NCBI GenBank assembly: GCA_046329495.1
Contig: JAXLUO010000015.1
Span: 28,125 to 92,124 of the forward strand
Length of the DNA: 64,000 nucleotides
Source: Chitinophagales bacterium
Lineage (GTDB): Bacteria; Bacteroidota; Bacteroidia; Chitinophagales; LD1
Direction of reading: 5' to 3'
Both the position numbers and the translations under genes were made by a program. The number at the start of each line of letters is the position of its first letter. The first letter of the stretch is position 1. This document shows, piece after piece, positions 1 through 9,148 of the stretch. A model generated the notes under the pieces. It saw only the letters and a program-made list of their open reading frames with translations. It ran no database searches and was not told where the DNA came from.

Positions 1-1200
1 GTAGTTGTTGTTATTGCTCTTGTTGCCTAATACAATAACCGTATAGCCATCATCCAGGTCGCGGGCAAACACATTGTTGCTGCCGTGCCAAAAACCGTTG
101 TGGTATATCAGGTAGCTTTTATCCGGTTGTTTTAACATGCGCCAGCCGTAGCCGTAGTTGCGTTCTTTTTCGCCGGCAAAGCTGTATTTGTCTAAACTGC
201 GTGGCTTGTAAGCTTCCTGCAAGCTCTCCTCGCTTAACAGTAAACCGTTGCGTAGGGCATTGTCCCACTTCAACATATCTTCAACGGAAGAGTAAATGCC
301 TTTATCGCCCACCACACCATCATAAATGTTGTTCTTCCAAACTGCACCCTTTGCTGTATAGCTGGTTGTGCCGCGGAAGGTGGTAGAATCTGCCGGATTA
401 AACACATACGAATCATCCATGCCCAGCGGCGCGAAAATAAAATCGTGCATAAACTGGTGATAGCTCATCGCCGTTACCTGCTCAACAATCGAAGCCAGGA
501 TGGCGTAATTGGTATTGCAGTAAATAAACATGTGGTCGGGCTTGCAGCGCAGGCTCGGCTTCATTACCGTAAAGTAATTGATCACATCCTGGTTAGTGAT
601 ATACTCGGCGCTCTTGGTAAAGTATTCTTTTGGGAACACCGTGTAATCGGGCAAACCGGTGCGGTGGCTTAACAATAAACGCACGGTAATGTCCTTGTAA
701 GGAAAATCAGGAAAGAATTTCTGAATAGAATCATCCAATGATAAAAAGCCCTGCTCGGCTAACAAAAGAATAGCGGAACCGGTAAAGGTTTTAGAAACCG
801 AAGCCAATTGCACAGGTGAATGCACCGTCATAGGATCTTTGGTGCTGAAATCGCCATAACCAAAAGCGCCTTCATACAAAGGCACGCCGTTTTTGGCAAC
901 TAATACAGCGCCGTTAAAGTGGTCGTTCTTTACACGCTTGCGGTAAAACGAATCAATGATATCGGTGGCCTTCATACTGGCCAGTTGCATAATGTCAAAA
1001 CTTTCGCCCGAGGCACATTCTTCTTCAGTAAGGTTCGAGAAGATGTTATTACCCGGCATAGCCGATACCGGCAATAGCGCGCAGGTAAATGAAACTGTCA
1101 GTAACCAGACAAATAGTTGAGGCAATTTCACGGGGTACAATAGTTTAGTCAATAGTTGGTTAACGGTTTTACTGTTATTAAGCCCTTTGGGTTTCGTCAT
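1..1200 (-). CDS. Serine hydrolase / class C beta-lactamase-family protein. The C-terminus is cut by the left window edge. The start is either ATG 1200 or GTG 1131.
   Basis: My own translation of the minus strand gives an open frame from 1200 (ATG) or 1131 (GTG) to base 1. It shows a signal-like KLPQLFVWLLTVSFTCALLPVSA, an S-x-x-K motif (ASVSKTF), a Y-x-N motif (YCNTNY) and HRTGLPDY. These are typical of the beta-lactamase/transpeptidase-like fold. It is missing from the ORF track because there is no stop inside the window. Confidence 0.8.
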   Translation of the reverse strand, partial: MTKPKGLNNSKTVNQLLTKLLYPVKLPQLFVWLLTVSFTCALLPVSAMPGNNIFSNLTEEECASGESFDIMQLASMKATDIIDSFYRKRVKNDHFNGAVLVAKNGVPLYEGAFGYGDFSTKDPMTVHSPVQLASVSKTFTGSAILLLAEQGFLSLDDSIQKFFPDFPYKDITVRLLLSHRTGLPDYTVFPKEYFTKSAEYITNQDVINYFTVMKPSLRCKPDHMFIYCNTNYAILASIVEQVTAMSYHQFMHDFIFAPLGMDDSYVFNPADSTTFRGTTSYTAKGAVWKNNIYDGVVGDKGIYSSVEDMLKWDNALRNGLLLSEESLQEAYKPRSLDKYSFAGEKERNYGYGWRMLKQPDKSYLIYHNGFWHGSNNVFARDLDDGYTVIVLGNKSNNNNY

Positions 1201-1412
1201 TTCGCCGGTTTTTGAACAAAAAATCCACGTTTATTACAAAAAACACCGCATAAACGGCTATAAATCACCTTTTTCCTCCGAAAGCCGACGAATAAAAGGT
1301 ATATCCTTCAAAAATGAAAGGTACGGGGCTGTTAAAGAAGTTAAATGAGGAAAGGTTTCTAACAAATGTCTTACGTCTTGTAGGTTACATAGTGCAAAGC
1401 AGAGGGCTTGCC

Positions 1413-4004
1413 CTAAAGTTTAACAAACTTCCTGCTAACTGTGCTGCGCCCTTTTAATTGTAGAAGGTAAGTGCCGGCCGGTAATGCGCTTACATCTAAC
1501 CGGGTTTGTGGTTGCGGCAAATTGCACTGCAACACTTCCTGGCCTGCTAAGTTGTAAATAGTTGCAGCGCTAAAATGCTCTGCCGATTGTATTTGCAATT
1601 GCGCTGTTGTTGGATTTGGGAACAGGCGCACATCTAAAGTTGGTTCTATATCCTTTACCGAAATAACAACCGTAGTATCCTGCGCCAAATTTACCCCCAG
1701 CGAATCAAGCGAATAACTATAAATGCTGCGGCCATAGGTGCCCGCCACCACTTCCTGCTTCGCATTATTAATGCATAATTCAAACACGGGCACCACCGGC
1801 ATGTTCAGGCCCAATCGTTGCCAGTCGTTGCCGGCATCCAGCGTTACATATACACCACCATCAGTAGCGGCAAACAATACACTGTCGCTACCCGGTAAAA
1901 CCAGCAAATCGTTTACACCAACTGCAGGCAAATTGCCCGAAATGTCCTGCCAGTTAGCTCCGCGGTTAACCGAGCGGTGCACATGCGCTATGTATTCGTT
2001 ACTGCGGTAGCCCGAGTGCGATACAAAAACCGTATTGCTGTTATTGGGTGATGCTTTTACACTCGTTACATACCTATCCGGCAAGCCTGCCGAAACATTC
2101 GTCCAGCTATTGCAATCGTTATCGGTACGCCAAACATTACCATCGGTAGTGCAGGCATAAATCAGGTTGGCATCTTTGGCAGAACTGCTCAATCCGCTGA
2201 TAACATTAAACGATTGCCCGGCACTGTTACCGGTTACATCACCATCGGTTAAATCGCCGCTCATTTTTTCCCAATTATTTAACGGGGCGGAAGTCATCCG
2301 GTATACATAATTAGTTCCTGCATAAAAACGTGTAGGGTCGGTAGCATTCATTATGTAGGGGAAGTCCCAGTTAATGCGGTCCGTTTGATCAATGCCTGCG
2401 GTAAAATCAAAAAAGTTGTTGCCTCCATCATTGGTATATACCATGGCACCATTTTGTGTTTCGCAGAAAAACGTAAGTGGATCCGTGGGATGGAATATCG
2501 GCCGGAAACCATCGCCGCCCCAAATGCGGTTCCATAACGTAATGCTAAGCGCATTGCCGCCGCTGGTACCGTTATCCTGCGCACCGCCATAATAAGTTGT
2601 AGGGTCATGCGGATTATAGGCCACCCGGTAGAACTGCGTATTCGGTATATTCTCTACATCGTTCCAGGTAGCTCCTAAATCCTCCGTTTTATATAAGCCG
2701 CCATCCGTTGCCAGCATAAACGTGTTACCGTCCACAAAAACCATGTCGTGCTTATCGGCGTGTACTTCATAGGTCCACCATTCGGGGTCTGCAGTTTCCC
2801 AAAAAACATTAGTGGGGTTGCTTACATCACCGCGATACAATTGTATACCGCCTACATAAACTATATTGTCGTTGGTAGGGTCTACCCGTATTAATCCAAA
2901 ATACCATCCGAAATAATAGCCGCCGCTTCCATAAATTTCATTTTGCACGGTGCTTACATCCAGTGGCGTCCAAGTACTGCCGGCATTGCTGCTAACATAA
3001 ATGCCCTTTAAGCTTTTAAAGGTATCTACCACACACGCATAAATCTTGTCGGGGTTCTGGGCGCTCATAGCCAAACTTATGCGTCCCAGGGGTTCCTGGT
3101 TAAACGAGGCATTTACCGGTTGCCAGGTAGCACCGGCATCGCTTGTTTTCCAAAGTTTGCTCTGTAAACCCGAGTTGGTGTTCTCGGTATTGGAGCGTAT
3201 GCTGTTCCAGGTGGCTGCATACAACACGGTTGTATCCATCGGGTTTATCAGTAGGTCAATACAACCTGCATTGGTGCCGGCAATCAGCACCCGTTGCCAG
3301 TTAATACCGCCATCGGTTGTTTTATAAACCCCGCGCAAACTATCCGGTGCAAACGGATTACCCATGGTAGCGGCATACATGGTTTGGGTATTAACCGGGT
3401 TAATCACCAGTTTAGAAATAACACCTTGTTGGGCTAAGGCGAAGGCTTGCCATGTTTCGCCGCCATCGGTGCTGCGATATAAACCATTTCCGTTATAAGT
3501 GTACCGCACCATGTTACGGTCGCCGGTGCCGGCATAAAGTATGTTCGGGCTTTGCGGGTCGTATACAATACAGGAAATGGCCAGGTAACTTTCCGAATCA
3601 AATACGGGATACCAATTGGCGCCCCCGTCATTCGTTTTAAAAATCCCGCCTGCGGCATTGCCGGCCAGCATCACATTGGGGTTGCCGGGTTTTACTGCCA
3701 CGCAGTTAATTCTACCGCCGATATTACCGGGCCCCTGCAAAACCCAATTGCTGCTAACACCGGCCGAGCGTGTGCCAAGGTTCAGGCTGGCGCTAATTTG
3801 TTGCATCACCTGTTTATAGGCAGCTTCATCAAACACCGCATCGGGATACATGCGTTGCAGCATAAAGTTTTCATAAGGCACTTCTATCTGCTTCTCTTTT
3901 TCTGTTTCCGTTTCAGTAGCTAAGGTGCGGCTGATACCAACTACACCTAAAGCTGCAAGTAACAATGCAGCGCTATACAACAGTGTTTTCATTCCCACGG
4001 GCAT
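1413..4004 (-). CDS. Secreted BNR/Asp-box repeat (sortilin/VPS10-like beta-propeller) protein with a T9SS type-A C-terminal sorting domain
   Basis: 863 aa with an N-terminal signal peptide. Asp-box S-x-D-x-G-x-T-W motifs recur (TNDGGANW, STDGGETW, TTDGGINW, TSDAGATW, SSNAGSTW, TEDLGATW, SVNRGANW, TLDAGNDW). The C-terminus (LFPNPTTAQLQIQ...LPAGTYLLQLK) is typical of the T9SS CTD. The start may be the internal MKTLL at 3992. Confidence 0.85.
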   Translation of the reverse strand: MPVGMKTLLYSAALLLAALGVVGISRTLATETETEKEKQIEVPYENFMLQRMYPDAVFDEAAYKQVMQQISASLNLGTRSAGVSSNWVLQGPGNIGGRINCVAVKPGNPNVMLAGNAAGGIFKTNDGGANWYPVFDSESYLAISCIVYDPQSPNILYAGTGDRNMVRYTYNGNGLYRSTDGGETWQAFALAQQGVISKLVINPVNTQTMYAATMGNPFAPDSLRGVYKTTDGGINWQRVLIAGTNAGCIDLLINPMDTTVLYAATWNSIRSNTENTNSGLQSKLWKTSDAGATWQPVNASFNQEPLGRISLAMSAQNPDKIYACVVDTFKSLKGIYVSSNAGSTWTPLDVSTVQNEIYGSGGYYFGWYFGLIRVDPTNDNIVYVGGIQLYRGDVSNPTNVFWETADPEWWTYEVHADKHDMVFVDGNTFMLATDGGLYKTEDLGATWNDVENIPNTQFYRVAYNPHDPTTYYGGAQDNGTSGGNALSITLWNRIWGGDGFRPIFHPTDPLTFFCETQNGAMVYTNDGGNNFFDFTAGIDQTDRINWDFPYIMNATDPTRFYAGTNYVYRMTSAPLNNWEKMSGDLTDGDVTGNSAGQSFNVISGLSSSAKDANLIYACTTDGNVWRTDNDCNSWTNVSAGLPDRYVTSVKASPNNSNTVFVSHSGYRSNEYIAHVHRSVNRGANWQDISGNLPAVGVNDLLVLPGSDSVLFAATDGGVYVTLDAGNDWQRLGLNMPVVPVFELCINNAKQEVVAGTYGRSIYSYSLDSLGVNLAQDTTVVISVKDIEPTLDVRLFPNPTTAQLQIQSAEHFSAATIYNLAGQEVLQCNLPQPQTRLDVSALPAGTYLLQLKGRSTVSRKFVKL

Positions 4005-4034
4005 TTACACCGAAGGTAAGCCTTTTACCCCTAC

Positions 4035-4073
4035 AAACACAAATGCCATAACCTTGTGCAGATTATGGCATTT
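4035..4073 (-). terminator. Hairpin downstream of the DUF4142 gene, a candidate intrinsic terminator
   Basis: An 11-bp inverted repeat, aaatgccataa (4041-4051) and ttatggcattt (4063-4073). On the minus strand it is followed by the T-rich tgtgtttgt. Confidence 0.45.
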
Positions 4074-4092
4074 ACTGTGCTGAAATCCATCT

Positions 4093-4611
4093 TTATAGCG
4101 CCATCCGTATACTATCGGCTGTGTTGTAATGCATTTGTATGTGTGGTAAAAAGCGGCTTGCATAACCCTTTACCGCGCTGTGTTGCCCGCTGTTTATTTC
4201 GTTCTGGAACATTTGTATCACCTTTTGGTGGTCGCGTACCTGTCCGCCTATATAGGTAGTATCAAAGCTATGTCCATTGGCATTGTTCAGCATTTGTTTC
4301 ATGCTTTGGTGGGCAGCGCTAAGTGTATCGGGATACGATTTACCTAAAGCCGTTGCCATTGAATCTAAACTGTTACGGGCTGTGGTGTGGTCGCTAACCA
4401 TCCAACTGCCAAAATTCACCACGGTTATCGAATTTCCTTTTGCCATCGCAATCTGTCCCGCATCTATCTCTGCTACATTCGCCTCCTTGGCCATAGCCAT
4501 AAACTGCTCGTCCTGATTGTTTAGCTGATTGTTGTTCTTGGTATTGTTGTCATCGTTTTTCGAACAGCCGGCAACTGCCACCAGCGCAAGCGCCCAAAGT
4601 ATCTTTTTCAT
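4093..4611 (-). CDS. DUF4142-family lipoprotein
   Basis: 172 aa with a lipobox (LVAVAGCSK). Two helical half-repeats carry AEIDAGQIAMAKG and DHTTARNSL / DHQKVIQMF patterns, characteristic of DUF4142. Confidence 0.7.
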   Translation of the reverse strand: MKKILWALALVAVAGCSKNDDNNTKNNNQLNNQDEQFMAMAKEANVAEIDAGQIAMAKGNSITVVNFGSWMVSDHTTARNSLDSMATALGKSYPDTLSAAHQSMKQMLNNANGHSFDTTYIGGQVRDHQKVIQMFQNEINSGQHSAVKGYASRFLPHIQMHYNTADSIRMAL

Positions 4612-4746
4612 ATCTGCATTTTTGTTTGTAATGCCTCCCTACCGCCAAAAGCATTCCAGCTTAACATGTGTGTGGTATGTACAGTCACACACCATCCGTG
4701 GGCATTTGCCACAGCCTAACCACGCAAACGGGGAATGAACTTGCCC

Positions 4747-4947
4747 TTACAGCCACACTAAAAGCGAAAGCACTACACCGGCAGCTATTAAGCCCAGCAA
4801 CAAAAACAACCAGTAATACTTTTTAGGTGGCTTTGGCACATCCTGACTAACCTGATCGCCCATAACTACTTTTTTATTCAGTTGCGGCAAAACCTGTACC
4901 CTGCAAATAAAAAACCCGGCTACCAATAAGCAGCCGGGCCGAAACAA
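4747..4947 (-). CDS. Hypothetical small membrane protein (two hydrophobic segments)
   Basis: 66-aa ORF between two same-strand genes. It has a C-terminal TM-like WLFLLLGLIAAGVVLSLLVWL. I recognise no family. Confidence 0.3.
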   Translation of the reverse strand: MFRPGCLLVAGFFICRVQVLPQLNKKVVMGDQVSQDVPKPPKKYYWLFLLLGLIAAGVVLSLLVWL

Positions 4948-4984
4948 AACTCAAACACACAAGCTTGAGTTTTACTTATCGTAG

Positions 4985-7153
4985 TTATTGATGCGTAAAT
5001 TTCTGTTGCGCTGTTTTGCCGCTTACCGTTTTAACCTGCACCGTGTAAATGCCCTGTGGTAGGGCCGAAACATGCAGGCTGTTGGCATTGCCTTTCACCT
5101 GCAGCACGCGTTCGCCTATCAGGTTATAAACGTCTATGCTTTCCAAGCCTTCCACACACTCAATAAATAAGGTGCTGTTAGCGGGGTTAGGGTAAACTGC
5201 CACACGGGTGGTATTGGTTACTTCATTCAGTCCGGTAACAGTTACCGCTGTAACAGCCGAGGAGCGCGAGCAAAGCGATTGATTAGTAGCCACTACATAG
5301 TAATCGCCGCTTTGCGTGGCGGTATACGTTACATCGGTAGCTCCGTTTAGTATACTGTTGTTGTAATACCATTGCAATTGGGCACCGCTGGCATAACCGC
5401 TGGCTGTAAGCACATCACCGTTCTGTTGTAGTACCGGTGTGGTGTTGCCTACCATGTTTACGGTGGTGCTGTTCGATGTATCTGCGCCGCAACTATTGGT
5501 AGCTACATAGTAATACGTACCGGCATCAGCGCTGGTCATGGTTGGTATAAATAGCTGACCAAAGGTGCTACCTGAAACGGGCACACCATTGTTATACCAT
5601 TGGTGGGTATACCCGGTGCCGCTAACAGTTAACGGACCTAACTGCATTTGATCTCCCTCGCAAAAATCGTAGCTAAGCCCTAACTGGTTGGTAATTACAG
5701 GTGCTGCGCAGGGGGCCGGTGGAGGTGTTACAAAGTTCACCAGACCGGTGCAGTGGTGGCCATCTTCAAACACTATCTCGTATGTTTCGGGGCAGAGGCC
5801 GTTGGGTATGTAAGGCGAGGAGTTCACAGAAACAGTGGTACCGCCGCTGCTCCAGTTAATATAAGCCGTCATCGGAAACTGACCCGATAAAGTGATATGC
5901 GCATTAAAATCGCAACCGGTTGTTCCGTAAACCGAGTCTAACTGTACCGAGAAATTAGCACAGGCATTTGCCACAGAACCTTTCCCTAAAAGCTTAATGA
6001 TAAAACCGGCATAGCCGATGCTCAGGTTGTTGTTGTTCAGTTGAGGCACAAAACCTGAGATAAGAATATCATTGCCCTGCATTTCCATATCGGTATAATA
6101 CACCTGCGAAGAACCAAGCAGAAAGTCGGTAGCAACAGGAGCTACATAAAAGTTATTGCCGAATCCATCCGGGTTAAAAGTTGGGTCAAAGGTGCCGGTG
6201 GCATCCATAGCATAAATGTTGTTACCGGTAAAGGCATATAATTCATTGCTGGTAGCATCGCGCGATAACTTTATTACTCCTGCCAGCGAAGCAGGGGTTG
6301 CTGTAGTGTTACCATTGGTAACATTAAAGAATACCATGTTATCTCCGCCTAACAGCATCTGCGTAGCGCTTACGGCAATCATAGCTTCGTACTTAATACC
6401 GTTCCAACTGTAAAGTGCGGTAGCAACACCATTGGTTATTATAAACACGGTAGAAGAACCCTGCACATTGTAAACTAACAAAGCATACGAGTTAGTGCCC
6501 GGTATAGTACGTAAAGCTTTTAAACGCAGCACTCCGCTGCCGCTGGTAAGTTTAGGGTGAACCATAACCGTGGTGCCCTGCACGGGGTCAAATTCAGCGA
6601 TGTATAAACTATCGGCCGAATAGTTGTTGATGGCCGTTACAATATGCCCGTTGCTCAATACATCCGAGCAATTAGGGTCGCTTTGGCCAACCGGGTATTG
6701 CGGACCAAACAAAGCCTCGGTTAAAAACGAATCGGGCTGAGAAGTTTGATGGAAGATAGGATTGGTAGTGCCGTCAAAGTTAAAGGCCATGTTCTGGTAA
6801 TGGCCGCCATTGCTGGCTTGTCCGCCCAGGTAAAACTTAGTGCCGCTTAGTACACCGGTATAGGCACCGGCTGCGTTATACGCCAAACCCGATTTACTTA
6901 TAAGCGGGTTGCCGTCCACCGTAAATTTTTTGGCTAAATAACTACCATTGGCAACCCCACCCACCCAAAACTGCTTGGCGGTGCCCACCATAATTTCGTT
7001 GTATTGAATGTAGGTGCCGCTGGTGGTATCAATATAAAAACCATCCTGGCCAAAAGTGTTATCGTACCGGTTAGGTGCCGAAGGTCCGCCGGCGGTTAAG
7101 GTGCCGCTGCCCAGTGCAAAAAGCAGAACCAGCAGGGTAGAAATTCTTTTCAT
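4985..7153 (-). CDS. Secreted T9SS cargo protein with an N-terminal beta-propeller/delta-60-like region and Ig-like repeats
   Basis: The ORF-track start at 7192 is a TTG. ATG 7153 gives MKRISTLLVLLFALGSG, a signal peptide. Ig-like repeats have Q/HQWY..G patterns (YTHQWYNNGVPVSGS, LQWYYNNSILNGA). The C-terminus VYPNPANSTLFIEC...LPQGIYTVQVK is a T9SS CTD. Confidence 0.8.
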   Translation of the reverse strand: MKRISTLLVLLFALGSGTLTAGGPSAPNRYDNTFGQDGFYIDTTSGTYIQYNEIMVGTAKQFWVGGVANGSYLAKKFTVDGNPLISKSGLAYNAAGAYTGVLSGTKFYLGGQASNGGHYQNMAFNFDGTTNPIFHQTSQPDSFLTEALFGPQYPVGQSDPNCSDVLSNGHIVTAINNYSADSLYIAEFDPVQGTTVMVHPKLTSGSGVLRLKALRTIPGTNSYALLVYNVQGSSTVFIITNGVATALYSWNGIKYEAMIAVSATQMLLGGDNMVFFNVTNGNTTATPASLAGVIKLSRDATSNELYAFTGNNIYAMDATGTFDPTFNPDGFGNNFYVAPVATDFLLGSSQVYYTDMEMQGNDILISGFVPQLNNNNLSIGYAGFIIKLLGKGSVANACANFSVQLDSVYGTTGCDFNAHITLSGQFPMTAYINWSSGGTTVSVNSSPYIPNGLCPETYEIVFEDGHHCTGLVNFVTPPPAPCAAPVITNQLGLSYDFCEGDQMQLGPLTVSGTGYTHQWYNNGVPVSGSTFGQLFIPTMTSADAGTYYYVATNSCGADTSNSTTVNMVGNTTPVLQQNGDVLTASGYASGAQLQWYYNNSILNGATDVTYTATQSGDYYVVATNQSLCSRSSAVTAVTVTGLNEVTNTTRVAVYPNPANSTLFIECVEGLESIDVYNLIGERVLQVKGNANSLHVSALPQGIYTVQVKTVSGKTAQQKFTHQ

Positions 7154-7353
7154 TGTTAAGTAATTGGTGATTGAAATTTTGTTCGGGCGCAAATGTCAGG
7201 TTCAGGCCGGGTCTATTCCGGCACACTTCACAAACGGTAGGTATGGCTTTATGAGTGGCGGACGAAACCGCCTGCAGGTAGGGGGAGGCTAATTTTGTCT
7301 GTAAAATTTGGGGCAAATCCTTATTTTCGTGCCCGCTGCAAGCAATTCAGCAT

Positions 7354-7427
7354 GGTCTCTTAGCTCAGACGGTTAGAGCATCTGACTCATAATCAGAGGG
7401 TCGCTGGTTCGATCCCAGCAGGGACCA
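7354..7427 (+). tRNA. tRNA with a CAU anticodon: elongator tRNA-Met or lysidine-dependent tRNA-Ile2
   Basis: I folded a cloverleaf by hand: acceptor GGTCTCT/AGGGACC, D stem GCTC/GAGC, anticodon stem TCTGA/TCAGA, loop CTCATAA, T arm GCTGG-TTCGATC-CCAGC. It is not an initiator (1:72 is paired and the anticodon stem lacks the 3xGC run). From memory it resembles E. coli ileX around GGTCGCTGGTTC...CAGCAGGG. Confidence 0.9.
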
Positions 7428-7431
7428 CACC

Positions 7432-7463
7432 AAAAGGCGAAGCTCACAAGCTTCGCCTTTTTT
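7432..7463 (+). terminator. Strong terminator-like hairpin between the two tRNA genes
   Basis: aaaaggcgaagct-caca-agcttcgcctttttt has a GC-rich stem of 9 bp or more extended by A/T pairs, then a 6-T run that ends exactly where tRNA-Arg begins. Confidence 0.6.
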
Positions 7464-7535
7464 GGCCCCGTAGTTTAATGGATAAAACGAAGGTTTCCGG
7501 TACCTTTGATGGCGGTTCGATTCCGTCCGGGGCTA
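7464..7535 (+). tRNA. tRNA-Arg (CCG)
   Basis: Cloverleaf: acceptor GGCCCCG/CGGGGCT, anticodon stem AAGGT/ACCTT, loop TTCCGGT (anticodon CCG), T arm GCGGT-TCGATTC-CGTCC region. Confidence 0.85.
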
Positions 7536-7664
7536 CACACATTGCTTGCCCGCTAAGTCAAACCATTTATTGCCTTTTGCTGCGTTGCCTATTTAGTGTA
7601 GCGATGTGAGGCGCAAAAACTTACAGAAGCAACCGATAATAACCCCAAAAAATTAGCAGTACGG

Positions 7665-8105
7665 CTAACGTTTAAACTGATTATTTTTTGACCTATAATC
7701 CATCGTGAACATTACCCATTGTGCCCCAAGGTCACCAATTGTTGAATTATCTTGCTTTGAGATATGCGTATGTAATTCATTAAAAGGTAGCATTACGCCA
7801 ACAACTTTTCCGGAAATCTTGTCAAGAACTAGTGGTGAGAAGGGCAAGTCATCAGCCGTCCAGGGGGTATTAAAAATGATTAGTTCGTAATTTCCTTTCT
7901 CTAGCTTTTTAAAAATTGAAAGTCCTTCGTCGGCGGAGTGTGGTTTTTTTAGTTGTTGAAGCATTGTGGTCACAACTGGGAGGTATTTAATTTTTTCATT
8001 CTTAGGTTGCCACAATAATTCTAAAATAGCAGTCACTTCCCCTTGTTCTAAGGTCGAAACGAGCTGATCATAGTCTATGTTCTTTTTTTTATTAAAAAAC
8101 CACAT
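7665..8105 (-). CDS. Hypothetical protein, first gene of the AT-rich island
   Basis: 146-aa ORF with an ATG start. I recognise no motif. Its small cytoplasmic character and its context among decayed immunity-like genes are the only hints. Confidence 0.5.
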   Translation of the reverse strand: MWFFNKKKNIDYDQLVSTLEQGEVTAILELLWQPKNEKIKYLPVVTTMLQQLKKPHSADEGLSIFKKLEKGNYELIIFNTPWTADDLPFSPLVLDKISGKVVGVMLPFNELHTHISKQDNSTIGDLGAQWVMFTMDYRSKNNQFKR

Positions 8106-8253
8106 TTTTTGTCCGCTTAATTTTTTTGTCCGCCGAATGTTTGTTTACTAACTGATCGCTAACAGGTTTCAATGCATCACTAATATATAGGTTGCAGGCC
8201 TAACGTCCTAAATCGCCATCTTTACTCGCCCTTTAGATTGGATGGGGCCAATA

Positions 8254-8847
8254 CTATCTGTTTTTAAACCACTCCACAATAGCGGAAAAGAAGTTTTTCC
8301 GCACGTCGGGTTTTCGGTAAGCATAATCCCTTATAACTATCACATTGGCTTTTTCGAACTCCTCATCATCAAAGTTGCGTTCTAGCCCCTTTGCTATCAG
8401 CAGCTTTTGCAGCCGGTCGTTATGATCCTGAATTTCCTGATGTTCTCTTTCTGTTCTTTCCGGATCCTCCGGGTAGATGGTTAGCGGCAACTCATAAGTA
8501 TCCAGGGTGGTAATAGTGCCGGTTTGGTCAATGTGCTTATGCCAGGTTGAATAGTCATCGCCACCCACTAACTCAAGCTGATAGTTGTTGTTGCCATCTT
8601 TCGTAAAACGGAATCGTGCTCTATAACCGTCCCGCATTCCGTTCGGGTAGGTTTCAATGTCGTATATTTTGCTAATGTCAATTTCATTCGGCAACGAATA
8701 AGCTGAATGAAAAAATGTGTTTCTGATTTCCTTGAAATGATTATCCTGAAGAATGAAATGACGTGAGGTTGCCAGCATCGTCCGAAACTCCAGCAAAATC
8801 TTTCTTTTCGCCAATTCTAATAATCTTTCATACTTTTCGTTTTCCAA
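8254..8847 (-). CDS. Hypothetical protein with a decayed paralog at 10811-11235
   Basis: 197-aa ORF. The start codon is TTG and there is no upstream in-frame ATG. About 420 nt are clearly alignable to 10811-11235, which carries indels. Confidence 0.6.
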   Translation of the reverse strand: MENEKYERLLELAKRKILLEFRTMLATSRHFILQDNHFKEIRNTFFHSAYSLPNEIDISKIYDIETYPNGMRDGYRARFRFTKDGNNNYQLELVGGDDYSTWHKHIDQTGTITTLDTYELPLTIYPEDPERTEREHQEIQDHNDRLQKLLIAKGLERNFDDEEFEKANVIVIRDYAYRKPDVRKNFFSAIVEWFKNR

Positions 8848-8965
8848 AAAAGGTAAGACGAACGCTTGTAGCCTAGTGTTTTACTTTACAAGATCAAGAA
8901 TATTATAGAAGTCGCTGTTCTCAAAAGAATGTTGAGTAAAGTAGTGTTCAATTCTTGTCTTTTCT

Positions 8966-9148
8966 TTATTCGTGGTGGTAATAAAGTCGTTTATAAAATT
9001 CAATTGCCTCGGAAGCATTCATGCAGATTATTTGACAATTCTTTCGTCCCCATACCTCTGTAGTTAATAAGTATCTGAACAAACTCAAATTCAATTCTGG
9101 CTTCAACTCATCAAAAAGCGTTGTCAAGTCATTAATTGTGTCCTTCAT
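8966..9148 (-). CDS. Hypothetical small protein, possibly a fragment
   Basis: ATG at 9148 (MKDTINDL...). A second short frame continues after the stop in a different frame, so this may be a frameshifted remnant. Confidence 0.25.
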   Translation of the reverse strand: MKDTINDLTTLFDELKPELNLSLFRYLLTTEVWGRKNCQIICMNASEAIEFYKRLYYHHE

